This document shows positions 1 through 10,143 of a DNA stretch of 64,000 nucleotides, piece by piece; the stretch's first letter is position 1, and the number at the start of each line of letters is the position of its first letter. The DNA lies in assembly GCA_035249175.1 (NCBI GenBank), contig DATFGT010000015.1:2458-66457 (forward strand), written 5' to 3'. Source of the stretch: Rhodanobacteraceae bacterium (GTDB taxonomy: Bacteria > Pseudomonadota > Gammaproteobacteria > Xanthomonadales > Rhodanobacteraceae). The notes beneath the pieces were generated by a model. The model had not been told where the DNA came from. It worked only from the letters and a program-made list of their open reading frames with translations, and did no database searches. The translations under genes were made by a program, and so were the position numbers.

Positions 1-268
1 AACGTTCGGACCATGGCCGGCGCCATGGCCGCCTGTTGCTTGTGTGCTTGCAGAGCCGTGACCAACTGCCCGCGTCGGCGCAACCAGTCCCGGAGTTCGC
101 GTTGCCACGGTGGAGCTGCCGTGTAGCGTCGCAGGCGATCGTTGAACAGGCGCGCCATCAAAGCCAGCATGCGTGCGTCGATGGCATCGGTCTTCGCAAG
201 GTCGCCGGTGCACGTGCGAAGTTGCGGGCTTGCCTGGGGTTGACCCTGGATACCCCCAGACCGGCATC
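1..268 (-). mobile_element. IS110/IS1111-family transposase remnant (N-terminal ~70 aa missing, one frameshift, runs off the left edge)
   Basis: Minus-strand translation reads ...DAGLGVSRVNPRQARNFARA. After a 1-nt frame slip near nt 210 it continues TGDLAKTDAIDARMLALMARLF...PPWQRELRDWLRRRGQLVTALQAHKQQ. These match the conserved VNPRQxRxFAxAxGxxAKTDxIDAxxLA and RRRxQLV cores of IS110-family DEDD transposases. The frame is open down to nt 1. Confidence 0.6.
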
Positions 269-277
269 GCAACACGC

Positions 278-574
278 ATCCAACTCGATGTCTGCCGCGT
301 GCGGATCGGTGCCTTTTCGTTCTTCGGACCGGGCGTGCAGATCTACACGGCCTTGCACCCGTTGGACGCCGCGCAGCGCCGGCACAGGGAATACGGCAAA
401 CCGGTTGAAATCGGCTCCGACGTCTGGATCGGCGGCGGGGCGATCATCCTCCCAGGCGCGCGCATCGGATCGCGCGCGGTGATCGGCGCCGGTAGCGTCG
501 TCACGCGGGACATCCCCGAAGGCATGCTGGCGGTCGGGAACCCCTGCCGGGTGATTCGCGAAATAACCGAGTAG
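278..574 (+). pseudogene. Maltose/galactoside O-acetyltransferase-like hexapeptide-repeat protein, C-terminal half only
   Basis: The translation LDVCRVRIGAFSFFGPGVQIYTALHPLDAAQRR..EYGKPVEIGSDVWIGGGAIILPGARIGSRAVIGAGSVVTRDIPEGMLAVGNPCRVIREI matches the C-terminal left-handed beta-helix of Maa/LacA. The ~85 N-terminal residues present in E. coli Maa have no counterpart. Sequence upstream of nt ~280 instead matches the IS110 remnant on the other strand. Confidence 0.6.
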
Positions 575-670
575 TGGTGCATCGGCGCAGGGTGTCGTAC
601 ATGGCGCAGGCTCAAGCGGAATCCAAATCGGACCCGTTACAATGCCGGTTTTGGAAATCCCCGCGCTGCC

Positions 671-2041
671 ATGTTCGACAACCTTACCCAACGTCTTTCC
701 GCCACCGTCCAGCGCCTGACCGGGCGCGGTCGCCTGACCGAGGAAAACATCCGCGAGGCGCTGCGCGAAGTGCGCGTCGCGCTGCTGGAAGCCGACGTCG
801 CGCTGCCGGTGGTACAGGCGCTGATCGAGCGCATCAAGGTGCGTGCGGTCGGGCAGGAAGTGCTGAAATCCCTGACGCCGGGCCAGGCGCTCATCAAGGT
901 GGTGCGAGACGAGTTGACCGCGGTGATGGGCACCGCGAATGCATCGCTGCATCTCGCCGCCACGCCGCCGGCGGTGGTGCTGATGGCGGGCTTGCAGGGT
1001 GCGGGCAAGACCACCACGGTCGCGAAACTAGCCAAGCACCTGATCGACCACAAGAAGAAGGTGATGGTGGTTTCCGCCGACGTGTATCGTCCGGCCGCCA
1101 TTGAGCAATTGCAGACGCTGGCGGGGCAGGTCGGCGCGGGCTTCGTGCTCTCGCAGACGGGCCAGAAGCCGATCGCGATCGTCAAATCGGCGCTCGATGC
1201 GGCCCGGCGCGAAGTCGCCGACGTGCTGATCGTCGATACCGCCGGACGCACCTCGATCGACGAAGCCATGATGGCCGAGATCAAGGCGCTGCACGAAGCG
1301 GTGAACCCGGTCGAGACGCTGTTCGTGGTCGATTCGATGACCGGCCAGGACGCCGCCAATACGGCCAAGGCCTTCGCCGACGCGCTGCCGCTCACCGGGG
1401 TGGTCCTGACCAAGGTCGATGGCGACGCGCGCGGCGGCGCGGCATTGAGCGTGCGCTACATCACCGGGCGGCCGATCAAGTTCCTCGGCGCGGGCGAGAA
1501 GCCCGATGCGCTGGAGCCGTTCCATCCGGACCGCATGGCCACCCGCATCCTCGGCATGGGCGACGTGCTGTCGCTGATCGAGGACGTGCAACAAAAGACC
1601 GACGCCGACAAGGCGGCCAAGCTCGCGGCCAAGGTCGCCAAGGGCAAGCGCTTCGACCTGAACGACATGAAGGACCAGCTCGACCAGATGCTCAACATGG
1701 GCGGACTGGCGGGCCTGATGGAGAAGCTGCCCGGCGTGTCGTCGCTGCCCGACAAGGTGAAGTCGCAAGTCAACGACAAGGAAGTGAAGCGGATGATCGC
1801 GATCATCGGCTCGATGACCAAGAAGGAGCGCCGGCATCCCGATCTCTTGAACGGGTCGCGGCGCGCGCGCGTGGCGCGTGGCTCCGGCACCCAGCCGGCC
1901 GAGGTCAACCGCCTGCTGAAGCAGTACACGCAGATGGAAAAGATGATGTCCAAGTTCGCCCGCGGCGGCATGAAGGGTCTGATGCGGCAGATGTCCGGCG
2001 CGATGAAGGGCATGGGCGGACGCGGGATGCCGGGGCGCTGA
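671..2041 (+). CDS. ffh: Signal recognition particle protein Ffh
   Basis: 456-aa ORF with N-terminus MFDNLTQRLS. GTPase motifs GLQGAGKTTT, DTAGR and TKVDGDARGG are present, followed by a Met-rich C-terminal M domain. It lies upstream of rpsP-rimM-trmD-rplS as in most proteobacteria. Confidence 0.97.
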   Translation: MFDNLTQRLSATVQRLTGRGRLTEENIREALREVRVALLEADVALPVVQALIERIKVRAVGQEVLKSLTPGQALIKVVRDELTAVMGTANASLHLAATPPAVVLMAGLQGAGKTTTVAKLAKHLIDHKKKVMVVSADVYRPAAIEQLQTLAGQVGAGFVLSQTGQKPIAIVKSALDAARREVADVLIVDTAGRTSIDEAMMAEIKALHEAVNPVETLFVVDSMTGQDAANTAKAFADALPLTGVVLTKVDGDARGGAALSVRYITGRPIKFLGAGEKPDALEPFHPDRMATRILGMGDVLSLIEDVQQKTDADKAAKLAAKVAKGKRFDLNDMKDQLDQMLNMGGLAGLMEKLPGVSSLPDKVKSQVNDKEVKRMIAIIGSMTKKERRHPDLLNGSRRARVARGSGTQPAEVNRLLKQYTQMEKMMSKFARGGMKGLMRQMSGAMKGMGGRGMPGR

Positions 2042-2058
2042 GGCGAGGTTTAAAGCTT

Positions 2059-2128
2059 CGTAGGGCGGGTGGCAACCCGCCGTTGGCGTGCCACATGGCG
2101 GGATGCGCTGCGCTACTCCCGCCCTACG
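2059..2128. repeat. REP-like palindromic element in the ffh-rpsP spacer
   Basis: Terminal inverted repeat cgtagggcggg (2059-2069) / cccgccctacg (2118-2128). An internal hairpin ggcgggt-ggcaa-cccgcc is also present. The element is intergenic. Confidence 0.6.
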
Positions 2129-2240
2129 GTTCTGGCAAAATTCCTCGCATTTCGGCGGTTTTCCCCTTATAATTGCGCGTTTCCCGTGCCCGGAAGTCGT
2201 GTGATCGACCCGTGGCCGTTCCATTCGGAGTCGATAGATC

Positions 2241-2501
2241 ATGGTTAGGATTCGTCTTTCGCGCGCAGGCGCCAAGGGCCGGCCGTTTTACCACGTGGTG
2301 GTGACAGACCAGCGCAGCGCCCGCGACGGTCGCAACATCGAGCGTCTGGGTTACTTCAACCCGGGTGCCGCCGGTGCGCATGACCAGCGCCTGGTGCTGG
2401 ATGTCGAGAAGTTGAACGCCTGGGTCGCCAAGGGCGCGCAGTGCTCGGACAAGGTCGCGGCGCTGGCGAAGGAAGCCGGCAAGCAGGCCGCTGCTGCCTG
2501 A
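2241..2501 (+). CDS. rpsP: 30S ribosomal protein S16
   Basis: 86 aa, [41 protein letters not shown]; conserved operon position. Confidence 0.97.
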   Translation: MVRIRLSRAGAKGRPFYHVVVTDQRSARDGRNIERLGYFNPGAAGAHDQRLVLDVEKLNAWVAKGAQCSDKVAALAKEAGKQAAAA

Positions 2502-2505
2502 TGCG

Positions 2506-3021
2506 ATGAACGACGAGCGGCGGGTGCTGCTCGGGCGCATCGTGGGCGTGCATGGCGTGCGCGGCGCGGTGAAGCTGGAATCGTTCACCGAGCCGCGGCT
2601 GGCGATCTTCGATTACAGGCCGTGGTTGCTCGAAGGCAATGCCGGTCGAATCGAGGAAGTCGCCGAACCGCACGGACATGCGCAGGGCAAGGGCATCGTC
2701 GCGGTGCTGCCCGGCGTCACCGATCGCGATGCGGCAACGGCATGGATCGGCGCACGCATCCGGGTTCCGCGCGAGGCGCTGCCCGAACCCGAGGCAGACG
2801 AGTTTTACCAGACGGATCTGGAAGGGCTGCAGGTGGTGAATGAGGCGGGCGAGGATCTGGGCCGCGTCACTCATCTGTTCGACAACGGCGCGCACGATGT
2901 GCTGGTGACGCGCGACGAAGCCGGACGCGAACGCCTGATTCCGTACGTGGTGGATGTTTACGTGAAAGCGGTCGATCTGGATGCAGCGCGCATCACGGTC
3001 GACTGGGACAAAGACGACTGA
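2506..3021 (+). CDS. rimM: Ribosome maturation factor RimM
   Basis: 171 aa with [22 protein letters not shown]-terminal beta-barrel signature. It lies between rpsP and trmD. Confidence 0.93.
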   Translation: MNDERRVLLGRIVGVHGVRGAVKLESFTEPRLAIFDYRPWLLEGNAGRIEEVAEPHGHAQGKGIVAVLPGVTDRDAATAWIGARIRVPREALPEPEADEFYQTDLEGLQVVNEAGEDLGRVTHLFDNGAHDVLVTRDEAGRERLIPYVVDVYVKAVDLDAARITVDWDKDD

Positions 3022-3049
3022 CCCAAGGACGATTGACCCAGGACGACCG

Positions 3050-3811
3050 ATGCGCTTTGACGTCGTCACGCTTTTTCCCGAATTCGTGCACCAGTGCAGT
3101 AGTTTCGGGGTGATCGGCCGGGCGGTCGAACGCGGATTGCTGGAAGTGGAAGCGTGGAATCCACGCGACTACGCCGAAGGCGGTTATCGCCGCGTCGATG
3201 ACAGCGTATGCGGCGGCGGTCCCGGTATGGTGATGCTGATCGAGCCACTGCGGAAAACGCTGGCGGCGGCGCGGCAAGCGGCGACGAACAAGGCGCCGGT
3301 GATTTACCTGAGTCCGCAGGGAAAGCGGCTCACGCAGGAAAAGGTGAAGCAACTGGCAGGATTGCCGCGGGTGATTCTGCTGTGCGGGCGCTACGAAGGG
3401 ATTGACGAGCGCCTGATCGAACACGAGGTCGACGAGGAGCTGTCGATCGGCGATTACGTGCTGTCGGGCGGCGAGCTCGCCGCGGCGGTGCTGGTCGATG
3501 CGATCGGCAGGTTGCAGGAAGGCGCGTTGGGCGATGCGCAATCCGCCGCGCAGGATTCGTTTTCGGACGGCCTGCTGGATTGCCCGCACTACACGCGGCC
3601 GGTGCATCATGAGTTTGGCGATGTGCCGGCGGTGTTGTTGTCGGGCGATCATGCGGCGATCGACCGCTGGCGCCGGATGCAGTCGCTGGGCCGCACCTGG
3701 TTGCGCCGCCCGGAGCTGCTGGAAAACTTGACGTTGGACGCAGACGACCAACGCTTGCTGGAAGAATTCAAACGGGAACGCAAGGGTCAAACCCATGAAC
3801 AAGATCATTGA
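3050..3811 (+). CDS. trmD: tRNA (guanine37-N1)-methyltransferase TrmD
   Basis: [12 protein letters not shown] start, with YLSPQGKRL and [13 protein letters not shown] motifs. ATG 3050 is preferred to the ORF-track start 2981, which overlaps the rimM 3' end. Confidence 0.95.
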   Translation: MRFDVVTLFPEFVHQCSSFGVIGRAVERGLLEVEAWNPRDYAEGGYRRVDDSVCGGGPGMVMLIEPLRKTLAAARQAATNKAPVIYLSPQGKRLTQEKVKQLAGLPRVILLCGRYEGIDERLIEHEVDEELSIGDYVLSGGELAAAVLVDAIGRLQEGALGDAQSAAQDSFSDGLLDCPHYTRPVHHEFGDVPAVLLSGDHAAIDRWRRMQSLGRTWLRRPELLENLTLDADDQRLLEEFKRERKGQTHEQDH

Positions 3812-4175
3812 ACAATTCGAAACCGCGCAGATGGGCCGCAAGCTGCCGCCGTTCGCGGCCGGCGACACCGTGGTCGTCAACGTGAAGGTGACGGAAGGCA
3901 ACCGCGAGCGCGTGCAGGCGTTCGAGGGCGTGGTGATTGCGCGCCGCAACCGCGGCCTGCATTCCGCCTTCACCGTGCGCAAGATGTCGCACGGCACCGG
4001 CGTGGAGCGCGTGTTCCAGGCCTACAGCCCCGCGATCGACTCGGTCGAAGTCAAGCGCAAGGGCAAGGTGCGCGGCGCCAAGCTGTACTTCCTGCGGGGT
4101 CTTGAAGGCAAGGCTGCGCGCATCAAGGAAGACCTGGCCGCGAACAGCAAGCCGGACGCTTCGCGCGTCAAGTAA
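3795..4175 (+). CDS. rplS: 50S ribosomal protein L19
   Basis: 126 aa, MNKIIEQFE...[41 protein letters not shown]; last gene of the trmD operon. Confidence 0.97.
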   Translation: MNKIIEQFETAQMGRKLPPFAAGDTVVVNVKVTEGNRERVQAFEGVVIARRNRGLHSAFTVRKMSHGTGVERVFQAYSPAIDSVEVKRKGKVRGAKLYFLRGLEGKAARIKEDLAANSKPDASRVK

Positions 4176-4196
4176 TTCCTGCTGCATCGGTTACGC

Positions 4197-4232
4197 AAAG
4201 CCGCGCGGAGCGATCCGCGCGGCTTTTTGTTT
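4197..4232 (+). terminator. Rho-independent terminator of the rpsP-rplS operon
   Basis: Stem gccgcgcgg / ccgcgcggc with a 6-nt loop, followed by tttttgttt. It starts 22 nt after the rplS stop. Confidence 0.85.
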
Positions 4233-4483
4233 GGACCTTTCTTCGAAAATCGTTCGCTTCGGATCAAGTCCGGGGCAGGCCGTGAGCGTAGGGCCGCAGG
4301 CGCGAAGGCGAAGGGCAGCAGGGGTTCCCGTGTCGTGTTTCGACTTCGCGAAGCCCCGCTTCGCTACGTTCAACGTGAACGGTTGAAGGGACTCGGCTCA
4401 TGCGCAAAAACTGATCCGCGGCATGAAAACTTCGCCGCGTGCGCGTATGGTGGAACGAATTCGATTTCCGCGAGGCGCGTGCG

Positions 4484-5362
<879 letters not shown>

Positions 5363-5368
5363 CACCAA

Positions 5369-8300
5369 TCAATCGAACGGACGGATTTCCTCGCCGTCGC
5401 TGGGCGCCGCTTCGGTGCCGTCCGACTTGTCGCCCAGCAACCGCCGCACCACCACGTAGAACACCGGCACCAGCATCACGCCCAGCACGGTGGCGCCGAT
5501 CATGCCGCCGACTACGCCGGTGCCGATCGCATGCCGGCTGTTGGCGCCGGCGCCGGTCGAGATCGCCAGCGGCATCACGCCCAGGATGAAGGCGATCGAC
5601 GTCATCATGATCGGGCGCAGGCGGATGCGGCACGCTTCCAGCGTCGCGGCGACCAGGCCCTTGCCCTGCTTCTGTTCATCCACGGCGAACTGCACGATCA
5701 GGATCGCGTTCTTCACCGACAGGCCGATGATCGCGATCAGGCCGATCTTGAAGTACACATCGTCTTCGAGTCCGCGGATGCTGGTGAGCGCGACCGATCC
5801 CAGTACGCCCAGCGGAATGACCAGCATCACTGCAAACGGGATCGACCAGCTTTCGTACAGCGCCGCGAGGCACAGGAACACCACGAAGATCGACAGCCCG
5901 AACAGCATCGGCGCCTGCGCGCCGGACAGGATCTCCTGCAACGATTGGCCGGACCACTCGTAACCGAAACTGGTCGGCAGGTACTTGGCGACAAGTTCCT
6001 GCATCGCGGTGATCGCGTCGCCCGAGCTGTAACCAGGCGCAGCGGTGCCGGTGAGCGCGATCGCGCCGACGCCGTTGTAGCGGTCGAGTTCCGGCGAGGC
6101 CAGTGACCAACGGGTGCTGACCACGCTTGACAACGGCACCATCGCGCCGGTCGACGAGCGCGTGTAGAAGCTGCCGATGTCGGCGGGATTCATCCGAAAC
6201 GGTGCGTCGGCCTGCATTTCCACGCGCAGCACACGGCCCTGGTAATAGAAGTCGTCGGCATACACCTGGGACAGCATCAACTGGATCGCATTGTAAACGT
6301 CGGTCACCGACAAGCCCATCGATTGCGCCTGGACCCGATCGACACGCATGTCCACGGTCGGCGCGTCCTCCATGCCGTTGACGTGCACGTTGGCGAGACG
6401 TTTGTCCTTGGCGGCCGCGGCGAGCAGCTTGTCCTTGGCAGCGACCAGCGCCTGATGGCCGAGGCCGCCACGGTCTTCCAGTTCGAAGTCGAAGCCGGCG
6501 AAGCGTCCGAGTCCGCGGATCACCGCCTGGTTCATCGCGAACACCTGCGCGTTGCGGATGTTCGCGAACTTCGCATTGAAGTCGTTGATGAGGTCGTCTG
6601 CGGTCTCGGGGCGATCGCTCCAGTCCTTCAGATGGATGAACGCCATGCCGACGTTTTCGCCATGACCGATGAAGCTGAAGCCGCCGATGGTGAAGATGTT
6701 GGCGACAGCGGGATTTTTCTTGACGATGGCTTCGACTTCCTTCATTACCGCGCGGGTGCGCTCGACCGTGGCGCCGGGCGGCAACTGGATGGTCGCGACG
6801 ACTTCGCCCTGGTCTTCCTGCGGCACGAAACTCGAAGGCAGGTGCGCCAGCAACAGCACCGCCACCACGATCGCCAGCGCGTAGCCCAGCATCCAGCGCG
6901 GGGTGTGGCGCACCGCCTTGCGGAGCCTGGCGAGGTAAGCGTGCGCCATGCGCTCGTAACCATTGTTGAACGCACGCAGGAAGCGGTTGGCGTGTTCGTG
7001 TTCCGGGCGCAGGATGCTCGCGCACAACGCCGGGGTGAAGGTCAGCGCCATCAGCGCCGACAACAACATCGAGATCGCGATGGTTACGGAAAACTGTCGG
7101 TAGATTGCGCCGACGCTGCCCGGCATCAACGCGGCCGGCACGAACACCGACGCCAGCACGGTGGTCACCGCGATGATCGCGCCGGTGATCTGGATCATGC
7201 CCTTGCGCGTCGCTTCCTTGGGCGACAGGTGTTCCTCGCGCATGATGCGCTCGACGTTCTCGACCACCACGATCGCGTCGTCCACCACGATGCCGATCGC
7301 GAGCACCAGCCCGAACAGGCTGAGAACGTTGATCGAGAAGCCGAACATGTACAAGCCCAGGAACGCGCCGGTCAGCGCGACCGGCACCACCAGCGTCGGG
7401 ATCAGCGTCGCGCGCAGGTTCTGCAGGAACAGCAGCATCACGAAGAACACCAGCACGATCGCTTCGCCCAGCGTCTTCACGACCTCGACGATCGAGACCC
7501 TGACGAAGGTGTAGCTTTCGAACGGGATGCTCCAGGTGACACCGGGCGGAAGGTTCTTGGCCAGTTCCCGCATCCTGGCCTGCACCGCGTTGGCCACCGA
7601 CAACGCATTGGCGCCTGGCAGCAGCGAGATGCCGAACGACGCCACCGGCTGGCCGTTCAAACGCGAGAAGTTGCCGTAATTGTCGGACCCGAGTTCGACC
7701 CGCGCGACGTCGCCCAGCGTCACCGTGGTGCCGTCCGGGTTCGTGCGCAGGATGATGTCCCGGAATTGCGCGGGCGTCGTGAAACTCGATTCTGCGGAGA
7801 CCGTGGCGGTGATGCCTTGGCCTTTCACGGCCGGCTCCGCGCCCACCGATCCGGCCGCGAACATCACGTTCTGCGCGCGTACCGCATCCAGCACGTCGGT
7901 GGCGGTAAGGCCGTAGCCTTCCAGCTTCAGCGGATTCAGCCAGATCCGCATCGCGTAGGGCGCGCCGAACTGGTTGACGCTGCCGACGCCGTCGAGGCGC
8001 GAGATGGGATCGATCAGTTGTGCAGCGATCAGATTGCTGAGGGCGGCCGGGTCAAGCTTTCCGCTTTTGTCCTGCAGCGAGATGCCCATCAGGAATCCGC
8101 TGTTGGACTTGCGCACCGTGACGCCAAGATTGTTTACCGCGGCGGGCAGGCGCGGTTCGGCGGCGTTCACCGCGTTCTGGGTCTGAACCGCGGCGGTGTC
8201 GAGGTCGGTGCCGGGATCGAAGTAAAGACTGATGTTCGACGAGCCGGTGGAGTCGGACGATGAACTGAAATACAGAAGGTGATCGATGCCGGAGAGGTTC

Positions 8301-8500
8301 TGCTCGATCACTTGCGTCACGGTGCTCTGGACGACCTGCGCGTTCGCACCAGGATAGTTGGCGCGCACCTGCACGCTCGGCGGCGCGATCGTGGGGTAGG
8401 CCTCGATCGGCAGGTTCATGATCGCGATGGTGCCGCCCATCGTGATCAGGATCGCGAGTACCCACGCGAATACCGGACGGTCGATGAAAAATTGCGGCAT
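5369..8500 (-). CDS. RND multidrug efflux permease (AcrB/MexB type)
   Basis: 1043 aa with N-terminus MPQFFIDRPVFAWVLAILI. It shows the 12-TM plus two large periplasmic loop architecture and conserved GLVLAIGIVVDDAIVVVENVER. Confidence 0.95.
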   Translation of the reverse strand: MPQFFIDRPVFAWVLAILITMGGTIAIMNLPIEAYPTIAPPSVQVRANYPGANAQVVQSTVTQVIEQNLSGIDHLLYFSSSSDSTGSSNISLYFDPGTDLDTAAVQTQNAVNAAEPRLPAAVNNLGVTVRKSNSGFLMGISLQDKSGKLDPAALSNLIAAQLIDPISRLDGVGSVNQFGAPYAMRIWLNPLKLEGYGLTATDVLDAVRAQNVMFAAGSVGAEPAVKGQGITATVSAESSFTTPAQFRDIILRTNPDGTTVTLGDVARVELGSDNYGNFSRLNGQPVASFGISLLPGANALSVANAVQARMRELAKNLPPGVTWSIPFESYTFVRVSIVEVVKTLGEAIVLVFFVMLLFLQNLRATLIPTLVVPVALTGAFLGLYMFGFSINVLSLFGLVLAIGIVVDDAIVVVENVERIMREEHLSPKEATRKGMIQITGAIIAVTTVLASVFVPAALMPGSVGAIYRQFSVTIAISMLLSALMALTFTPALCASILRPEHEHANRFLRAFNNGYERMAHAYLARLRKAVRHTPRWMLGYALAIVVAVLLLAHLPSSFVPQEDQGEVVATIQLPPGATVERTRAVMKEVEAIVKKNPAVANIFTIGGFSFIGHGENVGMAFIHLKDWSDRPETADDLINDFNAKFANIRNAQVFAMNQAVIRGLGRFAGFDFELEDRGGLGHQALVAAKDKLLAAAAKDKRLANVHVNGMEDAPTVDMRVDRVQAQSMGLSVTDVYNAIQLMLSQVYADDFYYQGRVLRVEMQADAPFRMNPADIGSFYTRSSTGAMVPLSSVVSTRWSLASPELDRYNGVGAIALTGTAAPGYSSGDAITAMQELVAKYLPTSFGYEWSGQSLQEILSGAQAPMLFGLSIFVVFLCLAALYESWSIPFAVMLVIPLGVLGSVALTSIRGLEDDVYFKIGLIAIIGLSVKNAILIVQFAVDEQKQGKGLVAATLEACRIRLRPIMMTSIAFILGVMPLAISTGAGANSRHAIGTGVVGGMIGATVLGVMLVPVFYVVVRRLLGDKSDGTEAAPSDGEEIRPFD

Positions 8501-8509
8501 GGCGCGGTG

Positions 8510-9670
8510 TCAGTCTGCGGCAGAGGCGACCGGCGCCGCGCCAGTGGGTCCATCGTACGGAACCGGCTTCACTTTTTCGCCGGGCTGCGCCTTCTGGACG
8601 CCCGACGCCACCACGCGCGCGCCCGCGTCGATGCCGCCCAGCACGATCCAGCCCGAACCGTGTTGGTCACCCAACTCGACACGCTTCTCGACAATCTTGT
8701 CGTCCGCCCCCACGGCATAAACGTAGGCGCCATCGTTGTCGCGCTGGATCGCACTCTGCGGCAGCAGGAACGCGTTGTGCAACGCGCCCAGCGTCAGGCG
8801 GATCTTCACGAACATGCCGGGCAGCAGGGCGTGGTCGGGGTTCGGCACCAGGGCGCGCAGATCGACGGCGCCGGTCTGCGGGTCCACGGCAAGATCGGTG
8901 AAGTCCAGCGTGCCGGCGTGCGGATAGACGCTGCCGTCGGGCAGCACGATCTGCACCTCGGCCTTGTCCGATGCAACCAGTTTCAGCTCGCCGGCCTTCT
9001 CGGCCTTGCGCAGCCGCTCCACCTCTGCCATGGGTTCGCTGAAGTTGGCATAGATCGGATCGATCACCTGCACCGTGGTTAGCGGGTTGGTGTCGGTGGG
9101 TGACACCAGCGCGCCCTGGGTGACGTTGGCACGCCCGGCACGGCCGCTGATCGGCGCCGTGACCGTGGCGTAATCGAGATTGATCTTCGCATTCTGGACG
9201 TTGGCCCTCGCAGCCTTCACGGCGGCATCCGCTTCCGCAGCAGCGGCCACGGCATCATCGACGTCCTGCTTGGCGAGCAAACCCTTCGCACCAAGCGGCT
9301 TGCTGCGCGACGCCTTGACTTGCGCGTTGCGCGCCGTTGCCTGGGCCTGCGCGAGCTGGCCCTGCGCCTGGCGCAAGCTGGCTTGCAGTGGCGCGGGATC
9401 GATCTTGAACAATACCTCGCCGGCCTTGACGTCGGTGCCTTCCTTGTACACGCGCTGCAGCACGATGCCGGTCACGCGCGCGCGCACCTGCGCGGTCAGC
9501 GTGGCTGCGAGGCGTCCCGGATAATTGCGGACCACAGGCACGTCGGCGGTGCGCGCCGTCAGTACCCCGACTTCGGGCGGCGGTGGTGTCTGCGGTACGG
9601 AGCGACTGCATGCGCCGAGCGCCAGCGCCAGCAATAGTGCGCCCGCGCCGCGCCACGGCAGATTCATCAT
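8510..9670 (-). CDS. RND efflux periplasmic adaptor (membrane fusion lipoprotein)
   Basis: 386 aa with a lipoprotein signal ending LALALGAC and the coiled-coil/lipoyl/beta-barrel pattern of AcrA/MexA. It lies 9 nt upstream of the RND permease. Confidence 0.92.
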   Translation of the reverse strand: MMNLPWRGAGALLLALALGACSRSVPQTPPPPEVGVLTARTADVPVVRNYPGRLAATLTAQVRARVTGIVLQRVYKEGTDVKAGEVLFKIDPAPLQASLRQAQGQLAQAQATARNAQVKASRSKPLGAKGLLAKQDVDDAVAAAAEADAAVKAARANVQNAKINLDYATVTAPISGRAGRANVTQGALVSPTDTNPLTTVQVIDPIYANFSEPMAEVERLRKAEKAGELKLVASDKAEVQIVLPDGSVYPHAGTLDFTDLAVDPQTGAVDLRALVPNPDHALLPGMFVKIRLTLGALHNAFLLPQSAIQRDNDGAYVYAVGADDKIVEKRVELGDQHGSGWIVLGGIDAGARVVASGVQKAQPGEKVKPVPYDGPTGAAPVASAAD

Positions 9671-10143
9671 CGGGATTTCTCAAACCATGCGAGGGTCAAT
9701 CCACAATTATGATGGGATTTGCCGCGCAGTTCCCTAGGCCAAGCGTCATGCCACCGGCACGGCGGGCTTGGCGCGAGGTGCCTGAACGAGGTCGTTGGCC
9801 GAGGCGACCTTGTTGTGCCCCGGTTGCTTCGCGCGATACAGCCGCCTGATCGGCCATCCGCAACAATACCTCGGGCGTGCTGCCGTGTTCGGGAAGCCCG
9901 AAGCTGCGCTTCCATTTCCACGACGTGCAGGTGGCTGACCAGTTGCAGCAGGCGCGCGCGTACCTGGTAGCTGTGCAGCGTCCGTGGCTGCGCCCCGATC
10001 CGCATCCTGCGCGTTCGCCATGGGCGCCGCGTCCATCGTTACGTGGAGCACTTCGCGTGCGGCGCAATTCCGCGCTCAAGCTGGAACGGCAAGGGTGCGG
10101 GCGCTATCCTATTCGTCCCTTTTCCGGGCTCGATCAGAACGAC

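Noticed and set aside
36-482. 148-aa plus-strand ORF at the left edge
   Set aside because: It overlaps both the IS110 remnant (opposite strand) and the acetyltransferase frame. It is Arg/Ala/Ser-rich with no similarity to anything I recognise.
9671-10143. Possible decayed regulator or IS fragment in the RND-gdhB spacer
   Set aside because: I tried TetR-HTH, resolvase-HTH and HigA-like readings of the three minus-strand frames. The apparent matches use overlapping nucleotides in different frames and do not extend. There is no supportable call without a database search.
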